The notes below the pieces were generated by a model. It ran no database searches and had not been told where the DNA came from. It worked only from the letters and a program-made list of their open reading frames with translations. The position numbers and the translations under genes are program-made. A DNA stretch of 64,000 nucleotides from Octopus bimaculoides (lineage: Eukaryota). The stretch spans positions 87,923,073 to 87,987,072 of the forward strand of contig NC_068981.1 in assembly GCF_001194135.2 (NCBI RefSeq), in the 5' to 3' direction. Below are positions 37,501-52,061 of this stretch, piece by piece; position 1 is the stretch's first letter, and every line of letters begins with the position of its first letter.

Positions 37501-38331
37501 ATATCCTGCAAGGAAAGAAGAAGAAATTTTATAGAATACAAGACATTTCATAAAAATCCTGAAAACAAATATAAGAGAACAGCAATCCTCAGAAATGTGC
37601 AAAAGGTCAATAACATGAAAAGTTTCTTTCTCTTGAAAGCAAAGTTTATTGGTAAGCTGAAAATCTAATCAACAGAAACAAGAAAAGTGAGATATGTTTA
37701 AACCAGCCATATTTGCCTAAAATATTCTACCTGTTTTATGTTCAAATTGGCCAGGTCTGGCCTCAGACCTACCTTGCAATATCATTTTTTAAAATAAACA
37801 ATCTCATCATCTATATCTCAAAACAATGGGAATAACCATTACACACGACAGAGTAATCTGAATGCTAAAGGTTTAAGGAATTTTGCAAAACCTGGCATCA
37901 AATATGGCAATGACACACATAATTACCTATTATAACATGTGAAAAGGAAAAGTTTGCAGAACCTCTCAACTTAATACCAGCTGCTTAAAAAAGGGCATAG
38001 TCTCTAAGAGAATAGTGTCAGATCAAATCTTGACATATCCCTCGATACATTCGAAGTGAGACTTGATAAAATGATTTCAAATCAATGTACTGGTAGCAGT
38101 ACATTATTCCCCATATTAATGACAGATTGAGTAAAATAATTCAGTTATTAAGCTGGTGTTCAGAACATTAACATGAAGTTTTAGTAGGTTTTAATTTAGA
38201 TCATTTTAAAACAGGATGTTGTATTGTAGAATAAGGAAGAGTCTCATGTAGGTTAGTATCAAATGGGTTTAAATTGCTTGTTTTTGTATTTGTTTGTAAT
38301 TGATTTTTTTTTCTCTTTTATTTCAGGAAGT

Positions 38332-38397
38332 ATGGTGGGAATGAATAGGCTTATGACACTTAGTGAACTTAACCAGCAGCAATATTGTTGGCCATGA
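38332..38397 (+). promoter_or_regulatory. 21-codon upstream ORF overlapping the TTLL4 start (ATGA)
   Basis: ATG at 38332 (further Mets at 38341 and 38353), MVGMNRLMTLSELNQQQYCWP; its TGA (38395-38397) overlaps the main ATG (38394-38396). Confidence 0.5.
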
Positions 38398-39502
38398 ATG
38401 GATCTGACTTAAGCAAAATTACTTCTGGATTAGATGAGGTTTCCATAAAAAAACAATTTAATGCACAGCAACAAACTTTTCCATGTTGGTTAAAAGCTTC
38501 CTTTGAAAGTTCTCTTCATCGAAATGGCCCAAGTTATCCCTTGTCTGATTGCCATGTTTTTAGAGAAAATTGTCTTAGAAACAATCCACATCATCCCTTA
38601 TCCATTACCCAAATGTCCAAATACATTTACCATAACCAACGATTTTCTACCTCGCAAGATAATTCACATTCCAAAACCTGTGACTCTTTAGTTAACAAAA
38701 AACCTATACCGTCCAGTCCTTATTCCCGACCACTCAGTGCTAAAGATTTTGGTTTGTATATGTCAGAATCTAATTCAAGCTTGTCTTCCGCCCGAACTTA
38801 TCCAACTAAAAGCCATCCAAATCCATCAAAAATGGCGGCCAGTAGTAGTTTTCCAACAAATGTCAATTTTTTTCTTAAACCACAAAGCCTTACTTTAAAG
38901 AATCCTAGTGCAAGTAATGATGTTCCTGAAAAGTATCCTCTTAGTAAATGTAATAAATCAGAAGTAAATTGCAGCTCTTCCAAGGAACTCCAACAAATTA
39001 CATCAAGTTCTTTTTCTAAACAATCTGCTTTTCTCTCTACAATATCAACATCTTCTGTCCAGATTTTAACTTCTGTTAATAAGCATATTTCTTCAATTCC
39101 TAAGCCTGGTTGTGGCTTCACCAAAATTCCTGATATATCTTTAAATGTGAGAAATTTGAGTTATAGTCCTGCTGTTTCCTATGTTGAAAGTCGACAATTG
39201 CTTGCTAATGACAACCATTCTATTCAGAGTGAAAACAGTTTCTTACAGAAAAAAAAGATCTACACTTTTGGACAAACAGTTTATTATAATATAGCTTATA
39301 AACCTGAGAAATGTTTACCAGGAGCTAAACCATTCACAACGTCTGCTAACAATGTAAATTGTGCTCCAAGGGAGGAATGTCTTTTAACTGAGAGAAACCT
39401 TCGTGCTCATCAAAAAGACATCTGCATCCAAACCAGTGAAACAAACTGTCTTCAAGCTGCAAATGATGCTGCATCAGAGAGTAGTGGCAGTTTAAGAAAA
39501 GG
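38394..39502 (+). CDS. TTLL4: TTLL4 coding exon 1 (long Ser/Pro-rich N-terminus)
   Basis: Acceptor at 38326, gccATG at 38394 with in-frame stops upstream, 369 open codons, donor GG|GTAAGA in phase 2 matching the next exon. Confidence 0.75.
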
Positions 39503-40749
39503 GTAAGAGCAATTTCAATTACAAAAATGGTTATTTATTATGTAGCAAATTAAATCAATGAAGACACTAAAAAAAAAAAAGTCTATGCATTTCAATTTGT
39601 GAGAGAGAGAGAGAGAGAGAGAGGTATGCACTGGATTTATTTTCTAAAAATTATTTCTGGGTGAAAGTAAAACCTGAAAATAATATTTAATATCAATGTG
39701 TAGTTTTTTTTTTAATTAATCCGAAAAGAAAATTTTAATATTACTTTGATTAAACTCACCCTCATCATCATCATTTTATATCCACTTACCATGCTGTATG
39801 GTTTTGTTGGGTTGTTATGGTCCAAGTCTTTAGTAGATGTTATTGCTCTCTTACATTTTTTAGCTTGGTTTCTATGGTTGGCTACCCTTCTTAATGGTAT
39901 ACTCATCATCATCATCCTCATATAATGTCTGTTTTCCATGCTTGTATTGGTTGGATGGCTTGACAGAGGGCTGCACCAGGCTCCAGTTGTTTGCTTTGGC
40001 ATAGTTTCTACAGCTGGATGCCCTTCCTAATGCCAACCACTTTACAGAGTGTACTGGATGCTTTTTACATGGTGCCAACACTGGTGCTTCTTTACCTGGT
40101 GTTGGAATGGTTGGTTGCTTTATTACTTGGTGCTAGCATGCTTACTCTTTCATGTGGCACTGGCATGGGTGCTTCTCATGTGATGCTGGTATGGATGCCC
40201 TTTACGTGGTGCTGGCTTGGGTGATTTTTACATGATGCTGGCATAGGTGCATTTTACATGGCACCAGTACCCACAAGATCATTAAGTGGCTTGTAAGACA
40301 AGGAAGTTTCAGCTAATAGGAGAGGAATTGAGAGAAGTGGCTGTGTGCTAAGCAAGAAGTTTGAATATGATAAAGGGACAGGGATAGCTGTCTTACTACA
40401 GAGGAGATATTTGACTACTCCAGTAGGACAAGGAAGCAGCGGAAGGTGAGAGAAAGAAAGACAGAGTGAGTGAAAGGGCCTACTCAGAGCGAAGAGTGGG
40501 GGAGGGAGTATAACTAATACAGAGGGAATAGAGATGTACCATAAGAGTATGAGAGGGGATATTTAGATAGCAAATGATTTTGAGAGGAACTGTAGAGGGG
40601 CCTGCAGTGGGTTTTGTGGAGATGGTTTGTGTGTGAGTTTTGCCAGAGAACAGAATTATGTGTGTGAGAGGAAATTGATGATGGTGGAGTTATGACTGTA
40701 AAAGTCATGCTTGTATGTATGGATGGCCATGATTTTACTTAGCTTGATG

Positions 40750-41510
40750 TGTTTTCTCAAGCATGACATTTTGCCAGAAGTCTTGATCCCTTGTCATCTC
40801 CTCAGTGAGACTCAATATCTGAAGATCCTTTCTTACCATTTTGTTTCATATCTTCCTGGGTCTATCCCTTCCACAGATTCCCTCCACAATTAGAGCTTAG
40901 CACTTCTTCACGCATCTGTCCTCATCCTTACACATCACATGACCATACTAGTACAGTCTTCTTTATTGCACACTACTTCTAATTCCTCTAAAATCCAGTT
41001 TTCCTTTTAAATCATTTACACTGTCATACTTGCACTCTGACATTACCCACCCAGTGGAGCATGCTGGCTTCATTTCTTTTGAGCCTTCACATGTGCTTTA
41101 TTGTCACAGCCCATGTTTCACTGCTGTCTAGCATAGCTGTTCACACACAGATATCATACAATCTGCCTTCCTCTTTGAGGGAGAGGCCTTTGTTACGAAC
41201 AAAAGTAGCAACTCTCTGAATTTTGCCCAACCCCTTATTCTAGCAACTATGCTTTCAGAGTTTCCTCCTTTACTGCTGACTTGGTTGCCTGAGTAACAGA
41301 AACTATTTGCTACTAAGGATCTTCTGGACATTTGAGGGAGTCTATTTTCTGTACATTCTGAGTGTTTATTGTACCTGCACATCTGCTGGCTTCGATACTG
41401 GAGTAATTGTCATGTCTTTGACAAGACTGAATGCTCCTCTCACCCCTATGCTGTCCCTGCTTGTTCAGCAAAGTGTGCTGCGTACATTTTAACATGGCAC
41501 CAGCACTATT
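40750..41510 (-). mobile_element. RTE-clade LINE 3' coding relic
   Basis: GNQVSSKGGNSESIVARIRGWAKFRELL, homologous to the + copy at 59595; degenerate. Confidence 0.75.
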
Positions 41511-42682
41511 GAAGTTGCCCAGAATCCCTAAAGATGTAAGTTCTTACTACTCTGTGGTGTGAACATTAACTCAAGGCAGTTTGGCCCAGATCGTGAGTAG
41601 CAGAGAGAGAGAGTGCTGACAGAAGAACCAGAATGAGTAGGTGAAGGGAACAAGAGTAATAATAGAAACAGAATGACTGACAAAAGAGGATGGTAGAAAG
41701 GAGAGTGGATAACAATTACAAATGGCTTGGAATAGGAAATGATGACTGGCAGTACAAGGTAAGGAGGCATGTGGCTCAGTAGTTAAGGGTGTTGCACTCA
41801 AGATCATAAGATTGTGGTTTCAATTCTTGGAGTGGGTGATACATTGTGTTCTAGAGCAAAACACTTCATGTTGTTCCAGTCTGCTCAGTTTGCAAAAATT
41901 AGTATGAATCAAATGAGAATGTTTTAAATGAATTCAAAGGGAGGTGGAGATTTTGCTTCACTGTAGAGAAAGTGGTTGAAGTTATTTATTATTGCACTCA
42001 TGATATAGTGATTGTGGGTTCAATTTCCAGACTGGCCAGCGTATTGTGTTCTTGAGTAAAATAATTCATTTCATATTGCTCCAGTCCATTCAGCTGTAAA
42101 TGGGTAACTCTGTGATGGACTCGACTTCCAATCAGGGGCAATGTTGGTGGATTGCCTAGTTGTAAGGTGGCATCATTTGAAAGCTAAAATGATGCAAAGT
42201 GCATTGTGACCAGTGATATATAACATCTGATAGTTTGGTGATATTGCAAATTAGAGTATTATAAGGCTTGAATTGTAATTAAAGGTTGACTTTGTTATAA
42301 TGCATTTGAAAGTTAGTTGTGTGTTCCACTTTCCAGGCTTGTTATTTCCAAGTAGTGACTGAGCACAATTTTTTGCATTCCAAACAAGTGTTAATCTGTC
42401 CAAAGTTTAAAAAAAAACAAACAAGAACACTGGAACATTTACTGCTGTCGTGACTATACAGGAAGAAGAATCAAAAATTATGAAGACCAAGTTGACTGGG
42501 ACTTCATATTTCACATATCAGCTTATTTACTCAATGAACTATTGCCTACAATATTATATTAGCAAACAATCATTTTCATTTGCATTAACCACGAATGAGA
42601 TTCTTATGGAAAATTTATAAATATAGACATGGAGATCTTTCTTTCTCCTGAGATATATGCTTCAAATATTTTTAGAAACTGT

Positions 42683-43197
42683 GGACACTAAATTCCGCTT
42701 GCGAAGACCTGTTGAGGCAAGTGAAATCGAAATCTAACTAAATTCGACGACTGGCCCCCATGCCAACGTCTCCTTCATTGGACACTAAACTCGGCTTGCG
42801 AAGACCTGTTGGGGCAAACGAAATCGTGAGGGCACCACCGTTTGAGCGTGATTGTTACCAGTGTCGCCTTCCTGGCACTTGTGCCGGGGGCACGTGAAAA
42901 ATCATTCGAGTGAGATCATTGCCAGTGCCGCTGGACTGGCTCCTGTGCAGGTGGCATGTAAAATACACCATTTTGAGCATGGACGTTGCCAGTACTGCCT
43001 GACTGGACTTCGTGTCGGTGGCACGTAAAAGCACTCACTACACTCTCGGAGTGTTTGGCGTTAGGAAGGGCATCCAACTGTAGAAACTCTGCCAAATCAG
43101 ATTGGAGCCTGGTGTAGCCATCTGGTTCACCAGTCCTCAGTCAAATCGTCCAACCCATGCTAGCATGGAAAGCGGACGTTAAACGATGATGATGATG
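42683..43197 (+). mobile_element. Long non-autonomous RTE-tailed element with internal ~97-bp tandem unit
   Basis: ggacactaaa...cttgcgaagacctgttg units at 42683 and 42780; (GAT)n tail; little decay of CpGs. Confidence 0.8.
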
Positions 43198-45466
43198 CAT
43201 CCATATTTAGCATGCTTATTTAGTGAATTAAATTAAACTCCACATGACTTATTAACTTTTATTAGAATAACATTGTTAGTCAATCCACTTCCAAGCTACC
43301 TGAAACTATGTTGAGGTATTGTTTTTTTCTTGATCTTATAGTGACCTATATCCAATAAGCATTTTTATCTGGTGTATTTCTTTTCTCTACTCCCTCCAAA
43401 ACTTCCCATTTCATCAATCCTTTTACTAACCTGACTACTGAATCTGTTTTTTTATCGATAACCATTTATTTAGTTTTCTGTTTAAAATGAAAAAAAAAAT
43501 CTACTTGTAGAAATTTTTAACATTTCATAAAATCCATCATACACATCCAAGCTTTTGATGTGGCTTTGTTCCCTATAAAAACACTAGCAGGCAAAGATTC
43601 CTTCACTGATAGAACAAGCCAATATGTGAAACTTGAAATCCCAGTTAGTTTGATCTCTGCCTGCCTGTCATTTGTTTGACAAACTGTATGGAAGCCTATT
43701 GAGTGTGTGTGTGTGTGTATACAAATGTTGACATTCCATAGCTTCACTTGTCACCACCTAAACAAAATGGTGACAATAGAACTGATCGTTCAGCACTTTT
43801 GAAATAAAAAAATATTTTATTTGATAAGCAGCTAAAGGTTGGTTACAGGAAGGATATCCAGCTTTAACTTCCTTCCATAAATAAAAAGTTCCCATCAAAT
43901 CTATGCTGTGCTAGGAAAACAAACATTAAATGATTGTTCATCACGTGTTCTTACACAGATAGTGAAATACAAGTTGAAAATGGACACTAACAAATACACA
44001 AAAATGTGACAAGTTTTGAGTCACAATAAAAGCAAGCTATATTGAAAACATAGCAAGTGTATTGATATTTTTGTTTATAAAGTGAAATGGTATGATTTTG
44101 TGTTGTAGAAAATAGTGTTATATATGTCTGATAGAAAATGTGTCATTTTTTTTTCTCATTAAACTTAGATATGTCTTGTTATTTAAGACAAATGTGAATG
44201 AACGAATGACTTTTCTTGGCTTTCAGAAAAAATTTTTTGATTTTTGCTTTAAGTAGCCAAAGTGGCTGCCTGAGTACAAGTCACTGACTGTACTCTAGCA
44301 GCCATTAATATAAAATTGGTGCCAAACTAAAAATGTCCACTTGTTGCAATGAAAGAATTGATACATGTTTAATGATAAAATCACCTGGCATATGCTGTGT
44401 ATGATACAGTATACATTTAAGGGCTAAATCATTTTTAGCTAGGCTGAATGGTGGCAGTTGTGACTTAGGCTACATATCTCATCAACCTGCATTCTTCAGT
44501 GGACAAGTAAACATTTTCCTTTTTTCTTAGAACTGAGAATTCATCATCATTTAACGTCTGTTTTCCATACTGGCATGGGTTGGCGGTTTGGCTGGAGCTA
44601 CCTGGGTTCCATGTCTGTTTTGGCATGGTTTCTACACCAGGATGCCTTCCTAACACCAACCACTTTCCAGTGTGTACTGAGTGCTTATATATAGCACTGG
44701 CAGGGGTGCTTTTTACATGACACCAGCACTTATGAGCTTGCAAGATTAGGATTTTACATAGCTTGATGTATTTTCTGAAGCACAGCAAACTACCAGGAGC
44801 CTTATGTGAACTATATTGTGGTTGTGTAGGAGATGCTTTTAGTATCTGTTGCTTCTTCCATTTAGGAAACTGTAGGCATTTGTAGTTTAAAATTTTGCAC
44901 CTGGAGAAGCCTACACTTTTTATGAAGTAAAAAGTGAAAAAAATCTGGTAATATAAGTTAATTGTAAATGAGATTTGATGTTTTTTTTACAATACTGAAT
45001 ATTATTCTTCCCTAACCAAAATAGATAAGGAAAACAAAGAATTGGATATGTGATGTTACAACATTACATATTCAATGAAATTAGCAAGCTAGATGAAATA
45101 AAACCATGATACATACTCCTTGTCCAATAGTTTCTTACAATCTTATTTTTATTATGGCTTCATGCATGTTCACCTATATCAGTTGACTGTCAAATATGTT
45201 ATCTCAGTAGCTTGTTTTCTAACCTCTTGTTATGCTAATTCACTTGAAAATGTCTTTGATTATTTGATTTAAAAATTGATGGTTTTTAAACCCTTTGTAT
45301 TTTAATGAAAACTTTCCATCAAAATTCTGTTAGAACCAAACACCAGCTTAACATCAGCATGGATTCTGGTCCATAACATTTTAAAATTTTAATTTATAAT
45401 AATTATAAAATAATAATCTGTATCATGATTATCATCAATGTATTTATTATATAATCTCAATACAAG

Positions 45467-45555
45467 GTTACTTGGAGATGGGGACACTACAACAATTAAT
45501 TCTGAAGGAGAATCTGACGATTCTTTGACCGAAGAAAGTGTTTCAGATTATGAAG
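45467..45555 (+). CDS. TTLL4: TTLL4 coding exon 2 (acidic tract)
   Basis: LLGDGDTTTINSEGESDDSLTEESVSDYE; phase 2 to 1; donor G|GTAAAT. Confidence 0.75.
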
Positions 45556-45630
45556 GTAAATTCTTTTGTAGTCCTCTTTCTGTAAAATCTCATATATATA
45601 TATCGTATATTTTTCATGTAATTTGTTTAA

Positions 45631-45832
45631 CCTGTTACCATTTAAACTGGCCGTGTCTGGCCAAAATATTCTAGTTTTATGTTCAAACTGGCCAGATCTG
45701 ATCTTTTACACAATATTATTCTAGAAATAATAATCATACCATTGAAATCACATTATGAGATAATGCATGTCTAATTCAAATGAATGTGAATAAATAAGCA
45801 TTACATTTGAGAGTAATCTAAATGTTAAAGGG
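45631..45832 (+). mobile_element. piggyBac-like MITE, TTAA on both sides
   Basis: TTAA at 45627-45630 and 45833-45836; related copies at ~37698-37875, 51008-51201, 56175-56352(-), 63841-63960. Confidence 0.7.
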
Positions 45833-46389
45833 TTAAAACAATTTTTCCGTACTTTATAAACTTATTCCTTTATTATAAAATAATACAGCTTTGGAGGAAG
45901 TAATACTATGTATCTAATATATACACTTCTGTGTTGAAGTTGACTATAGAGAAAGTTTATTAGCTAAAGAAAAGAGTGTTGGATGTTAAAGCAGTTGATG
46001 CTTTTGGTAACAAAGGGTTTCTCTCTGTGTGTAAAAGGTAAAGTGAATGCAGTATGAATAACATTTAATGCAACATAGCTGTGAGGCTTAAACATTAAAT
46101 ATCAAAGATTGAAGGAGGTTGAAGAAGAGAAACAATCTGTGATCTGTTGGATGTGCAGTGTCAACCTACATCAAAGCTCTATAGTGCAAGAGAATGGAGA
46201 GAACAATTGGTTGTTAAAGGGTCCTGCCAGCATGTACAACAGAACCAGTTGCTATAGTATGGACAATATCTTGTTGAAAAAAGTGTTGTATGCTAACTTT
46301 GGTGGGTAGTGTAAGACCATAGCAAGAAATGATAGTTAGGTCTTAGAATCTCATGGACAAGATTGAATTGCATGACATAAAAGATATTC

Positions 46390-46426
<37 letters not shown>

Positions 46427-46530
46427 AACATGAAAATGGCAGTGATATGTGTAATTTTAATGTTTTAATGCTTATTTTTTTTTTTCTTCAAAGCTGTTTT
46501 AAACCTTTTAAAATTCTGTTTTTATTTTAG

Positions 46531-46713
46531 AATATGAAGTCAGTAGCTGTAGCCTTCTATCTAAGCAATTACTAAGTTCTGACTCGCACCCTAGCCAGGA
46601 AAAAATGTACTCTTCATCACCTGCACCAGCTATTACTTTGTGTTCAGCTCTTACTCCCAGCTTATTCCCGAATGTACCACCAACTATAAATTTTGTTTAC
46701 AGCGGATGTAAAG
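46531..46713 (+). CDS. TTLL4: TTLL4 coding exon 3
   Basis: ...ALTPSLFPNVPPTINFV matches the TTLL4 SLFPNVPPTI motif; canonical AG/GT, phase 1 to 1. Confidence 0.93.
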
Positions 46714-46955
46714 GTACAGCTTATTTTTGATAACTTATATTCACATCATTCTTTTTATCTTTAAGAAATTAACAAATCTTTAACTTCAAAATAGCATAAA
46801 AACAAACAAGCATTTAAAGAAAATCTACATGCATACACTTGTTTATAGTATATAGATATAATAATTATGATATAATTTTTTAAAATAAAGGTCAGACCAT
46901 GTTGTACATCATCATCATTGGTATAGTAGATGTTTTATTTTGTTTACTTTTTCAG

Positions 46956-47066
46956 TTGAAAGTCTCTCTTTGGAGATGAATCGCCTTTTGCGCTGGCGTC
47001 TGAGTCCCATCACACCCCTTGTGGTAAAATCAGCTTTAGTCAGAGCTCGCTTTAAATTGACAAACA
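46956..47066 (+). CDS. TTLL4: TTLL4 coding exon 4
   Basis: VESLSLEMNRLLRWRLSPITPLVVKSALVRARFKLTN; canonical sites. Confidence 0.93.
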
Positions 47067-48179
47067 GTAAGACTTCATTATTTTGTTAATTTAGTTATGC
47101 TTTATAATTTGCTTGATATGATTGAAAAGGTGTCATTAATTTGCAAGCCATTGCTTTTTTTTTTTTTTTTAAAGTTGTAGTATATACCCGTATTTAAGGC
47201 CACAAACTGGCAGAATTTTCAGCATGCTGAGCAAAATGCTTAGTGGTATTTTGGCTGTCTTTTTGTTCTGAGTTCAAATTCTGCTTAGATTGATTTTGCC
47301 TTTCATCCTTTTCAGGGTTGATAAAATGAACACTTGTTGATCATTGGGATTGATGTAATTGACTAGTCCCTCTCCAACCAAACTGTTTCCTTGTGTCAAA
47401 ATTTGAAACCAATATATATCTGTATATTATGCATGTATATATGTAAAATAGTTGCAGTAATAAGTTACTTTTTTCTTTCACAATATTGTTGATAGTATCA
47501 GAAAGGACACCAAGCTATAAAAATAAATGTTCCAACATGTTAGTGTCAATAACTCATACTCTAGGTAGATATACCATCAGATCTATAATCAGAAGAGCTG
47601 TAGATACAATGGCAGAGGTAAACTTCCTGATAATCAATCATTCATGTCTGACTGCTAGTTAATCTGAAACAAATAGTTTTATCCTAAGATGTAATAAAAT
47701 GTCGACAGTGAATTTGTACTGATAAGCATGGTAACTTAGCTACTTAATCATCTTGCCTTAATACTTGAACAATGTACAAATATAAAATAATCTCACACAT
47801 AGCTGTTCTTTCATAATTGTGTGTATGTGTATATATATATTATGCATATCATTTTTCATACTTACATGAGTGAATTGGGTAAAACTTAAGTACAGATTTT
47901 CTATGCCTGGATGCTCTTTCTGTTGCCAACCTTCACCTTTTTACAAGCATGGTAGTGTTTCTCCCTTCTATTTTTTGAAAAACAAACAACTCATTGGCTG
48001 GGCATGTTTCTTGTGGTAGATTATAAAAAAATGGACAACATTTGTGTGAATAGTGATAATGAGTGCGCAAATATCAAAACAAGGAGAAAACACACATTCA
48101 CTCACTCATGCATGTACACATACGTGTGTGTGTTCATATGTACATGTGTTTGTATGTATATTTGTACATATATATGCAT

Positions 48180-48215
<36 letters not shown>

Positions 48216-49285
48216 GCAGGTTTAGAAATTTGCTTCCTATTCACATGGGTTTCAGGTTCAGTCCTACTGAATACCTCATGCCTCCTTGAATGTCTTCTCT
48301 TTCAGCCTCAGGTGGATCTTGTGAGTGAATTTGCTAAATGGGGAATGGTGTGTGTGTGTTACTGTCTCCTTGTCTTGACATCATGTGATGATTATGAGTG
48401 TTTGCTGTCACATAAGCAGTGTCGTTCATTTTTGATTTTGTCTTGCCACGAAGAAATATTATCTTGCCACGAAGAAATATTATCTTACTTGGAAACAGGT
48501 GAGAATTGGTGTCAGGAATGGGTTCTGGCTGTAGAGAATCTGCCTCAACTAACTTGTGTACCTATGAGCTCTTGTATAGCTAAGATATAATTCTTTTAAC
48601 TAAAAATCAGTTGAATTCTTAAAAGAACAGTTGCAAACATTTAAGTTGGGTTACGAATTGAGAGATCTAAAAATCAACTTTGATCACACAAAGGTTTTAA
48701 TTACCAGAAATGAAAACCAATTACTACTATCAATGGGAGGTGATCTTAAGAAGCAGAAAGGGAGTTGGTAGGGTCTTCCTGTATGGCATTCCCAGTGTAA
48801 TCAATGGCTGTATAAACTGGGCACAGCTGTGGTTATGTGGTTAAGCTCACAAGACAACCATGTAGTTCTATATTTAATGCCATATGATATTTTAAATGAA
48901 GAATTTTTATATTTTTGTAAAGTTGGTATGCAGTTTCAAATACTATGGAAGTTAAAAAAAATCATTTTTTTTCTAACTACTTCACATTTAAATTTCTCTG
49001 TATTTATAAAATGTTCAGGTATTATACTGATGTTTAAAAGAAAGATATGCACACACACATGCATATAAATATAATTGCATACAAAAAGAACTACATAAAA
49101 TGTTTTTACAAATTAAGTCATTTCGCTTAACAAAAAGGGATATAAGCAGTTAGTTGAATGACCAAGTGCTACCTCCAAAACCATCGAAGTTTGTACCTTA
49201 TCAGCTTAACTGTTGTACATTTACTGTTGTATTTTTTCAATCATTTTCAATGTTTTATTTTTATGTTATATTTATATCTTGTCAG

Positions 49286-49362
49286 AACATTATGATTGGA
49301 TTGGTTGTTTTGGAAAACATATGAAAAGCCAAGCTTTTAGAGTTCTCCGGGATTTTCAAAAA
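49286..49362 (+). CDS. TTLL4: TTLL4 coding exon 5
   Basis: HYDWIGCFGKHMKSQAFRVLRDFQK; phase 1 to 0. Confidence 0.95.
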
Positions 49363-50410
49363 GTAAGATTTTGTGTAAACTTGTGAATATTTTACTTTCA
49401 TCATTTTTTTGCATTTTTCTATGGTTTATTTCCATCAACTGTAATCTTTGTTGATATCTGAAACGGGAAAAACTTTTATGTACAATGCATTGTTTTAATA
49501 TTACATTGTGTGCAAGTTTAGAAGATTTTTGCCTATTACCTTCTGTTAATGTTCACTTATAATAAAATTGTACTACATTTGCTGTGTGAAGAATTAGCAT
49601 ATGAATTTTAGAGAGGAATTTTCTTTGTAAAGTTTAATTTTGATAAAATGTTAAAGATAGGAGGACTAACTGCTAATGAAGTTCAAACACTCAGCGGATT
49701 TAAATATATGATACAAGTCAATAATTCACAAAAAAAGTCTTTGTTATTGCTGGATTCAAATGTGATGAAAGCATGAATTTAATAGCATATGCAATTAATA
49801 AATAGTAAATATGACTCAACCAAAATGTGTGTTTTGTTAATTTCTTTGTTGAGAGAAAGTAGAAGACAGACTGTCACAACTCTGGCAAAGAATGGTTGAC
49901 TAAAGTCACTAGTATGGGATTTAGGTGGTAAGCAAGGATGACGAGAGGAAGCAGATAGAATTGGATTAAGGTGGTACGCAGTTTGCTAGTTCGGGGTTGA
50001 GATAATGTAGATATGATAGAATAGAAAAGCAGGGGGAAGAAACCGTTCACCTGTTGTCTATAGTTACTGAGCTCCTAACTACCATTCAGCTACTGATCAG
50101 ATTTTAATATTTTGTGACTTTAAAGATAAATCTTGGTCTTAGTGTACCAGTTGCTAGAAGGGCTTATCAGAAATTATCAAGTCTCTTGTGTATTGTCTAT
50201 GCATAGGGTGTGGAGGTATGAGATATTGATATGGGTGTAGCTATTCTGTTTTAGGTTAGGTTTACTAGTGAAGGAGCATTGTTGTCAAGTGCCTATTATT
50301 GTATGTAGAAATTTGTAGAAATTTTACAATTATGATTGATAATATTTATTTTAATATTTGTTTCACTCTCCTAAAAGATTAAGTATACTTTCATTTTACA
50401 ACTCTTGCAG

Positions 50411-50605
50411 CTTAATCACTTTCCTGGATCCTTTCAAATAGGCCGCAAAGATAAACTGTGGAGAAATTTATCTAAACTGCAGTCACATTTTGGAAAAAAA
50501 GAATATGGATTTTTTCCACAAACCTTCATTCTTCCCACTGACCTGAAAGTTTTCAAGAAAAACTGGGATGATGGTGGAAATCGAGTAAAATGGATAATTA
50601 AACCT
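50411..50605 (+). CDS. TTLL4: TTLL4 coding exon 6 (TTL domain)
   Basis: LNHFPGSFQIGRKDKLWRNL...FFPQTFILP...KWIIKP. Confidence 0.97.
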
Positions 50606-51522
50606 GTAAGTGGCTTATATCCCTCCTTTGAACCAATTGTTAACAACTGGAAATGTCGTTTTCTGATGCATGCATTTGAAAGTAAACTCTAAAGGTAGGG
50701 AATTATCTCTGCAGTTTGTTCAGTAGAAATATATCTACTCTTTTACAAAACTAAATTCCTTTGCATCTTAGCTATGACACTTTTCCCCCATTTTTATGAT
50801 TTCGTTTGTTAACTTCATACTTACGGATTTTTCTTTTGATTCTCATATATTTGTGGCTGCTTATGATAATAACACCATTGTCCTTGTTGCTGTTTAGCTC
50901 CAGCTAAGCTATGGTTAAAAGCCTGTATGTAAAGACATTCTTCCATTTTTTTTTTGTTTAGAAGTTTATGTTCAGCTTAATGATTCATTTCTGCAATTTT
51001 GCTTTATCCTTTTAGCATTTAAACCAGCCTTATCTGGCCCAAAATGTCCTACCTGTTTTATGTTCAAACTGGCTAGCTCTAGCTTTTTACACATACCCAA
51101 CAATGTCATTCAAATCATAAACAGTCTCATCATTGCATGATTAATTCAAAACAATATGAATAAGTATTACAAATGACAAGTGTAATCTGAATGCCAAAGG
51201 GTTAAACAAACTAAGAAAACAAAATCTAACAATTTCATTTCCTTGGAAAGACTGTGGCTAGGTTCAGTCTCTTCTAAAAAAATCACAAAGAAAAACAATT
51301 TTCAAATTCTCTCTCTAGGTACAAATTCATTTTCTTCATCGCTTTCAGAACTGTTGTGAGAATCGCTTGTTTCATTTTTAAAAACCAAAATATCTGATTT
51401 ACAATAATACATGTTGTTTTTGTTTGCTGTATATTTTGCTAGATTTCTCCATGTCTTTCAAAAATCATTCAGATTTGCTACTTGATAACATGAAATTGAT
51501 TTCCATTTTTTGACATGGAAAA

Positions 51523-52061
51523 ATCATCATCATCATCGTTTAACGTCCGCTTTCCATGCTAGCATGGCTTGGACGATTTGACTGAGGACTGGTGGACCAG
51601 ATGGCTACACCAGGCTCCAATCTGATTTAGCAGAGTTTCTACAGCTGGATGCCCTTCCTAACGCCAACCACTCCGAGAGTGTAGTGGGTGCTTTTATGTG
51701 CCACCGGCACGAAGGCCAGTCAGGTGGTACTGGCAACAGCCATGGTCAAAATGGTGTATTTTACATGCCACCTGCACAGGAGCCAGTCCAGAGGCACTGG
51801 CAATGATCTCGCTCGAATGTCTTTATACGTGCCATCACGATTTCGCTTTCCCCAACAGGTCTTCGCAAGCCGAGTTTAGTGTCCAATGAAGGAGACGACA
51901 TTGGCATGGGTGCCAGTCGTCAAATTTAGTTCGGTTTTGATTTCACTTGTCTCAACAGGTCTTCACAAGTGGAGTTTAGTGTCCAATGAAAGAAGGTACG
52001 CATAAGTGGGCTGGCTACACCCCTGGCAGAGGCCTTGGATTTAGGTCTCACCCGGCTTGCC
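51523..52061 (-). mobile_element. Long non-autonomous RTE-tailed element (inverted relative to the 42683 copy)
   Basis: (ATC)n tail on the + strand and the same internal units as 42683-43197; a third copy at 61033-61500(-) spans a 10-N gap (61339-61348). Confidence 0.8.

Noticed and set aside
37092-37680. 149-aa minus-strand ORF
   Set aside because: It is the stop-poor antisense of a purine-rich, probably decayed retroelement sequence; family not assignable.
48063-48590. 175-aa ORF and similar YIYI/CVCV/HTHT ORFs
   Set aside because: Translations of microsatellites plus SINE sequence.
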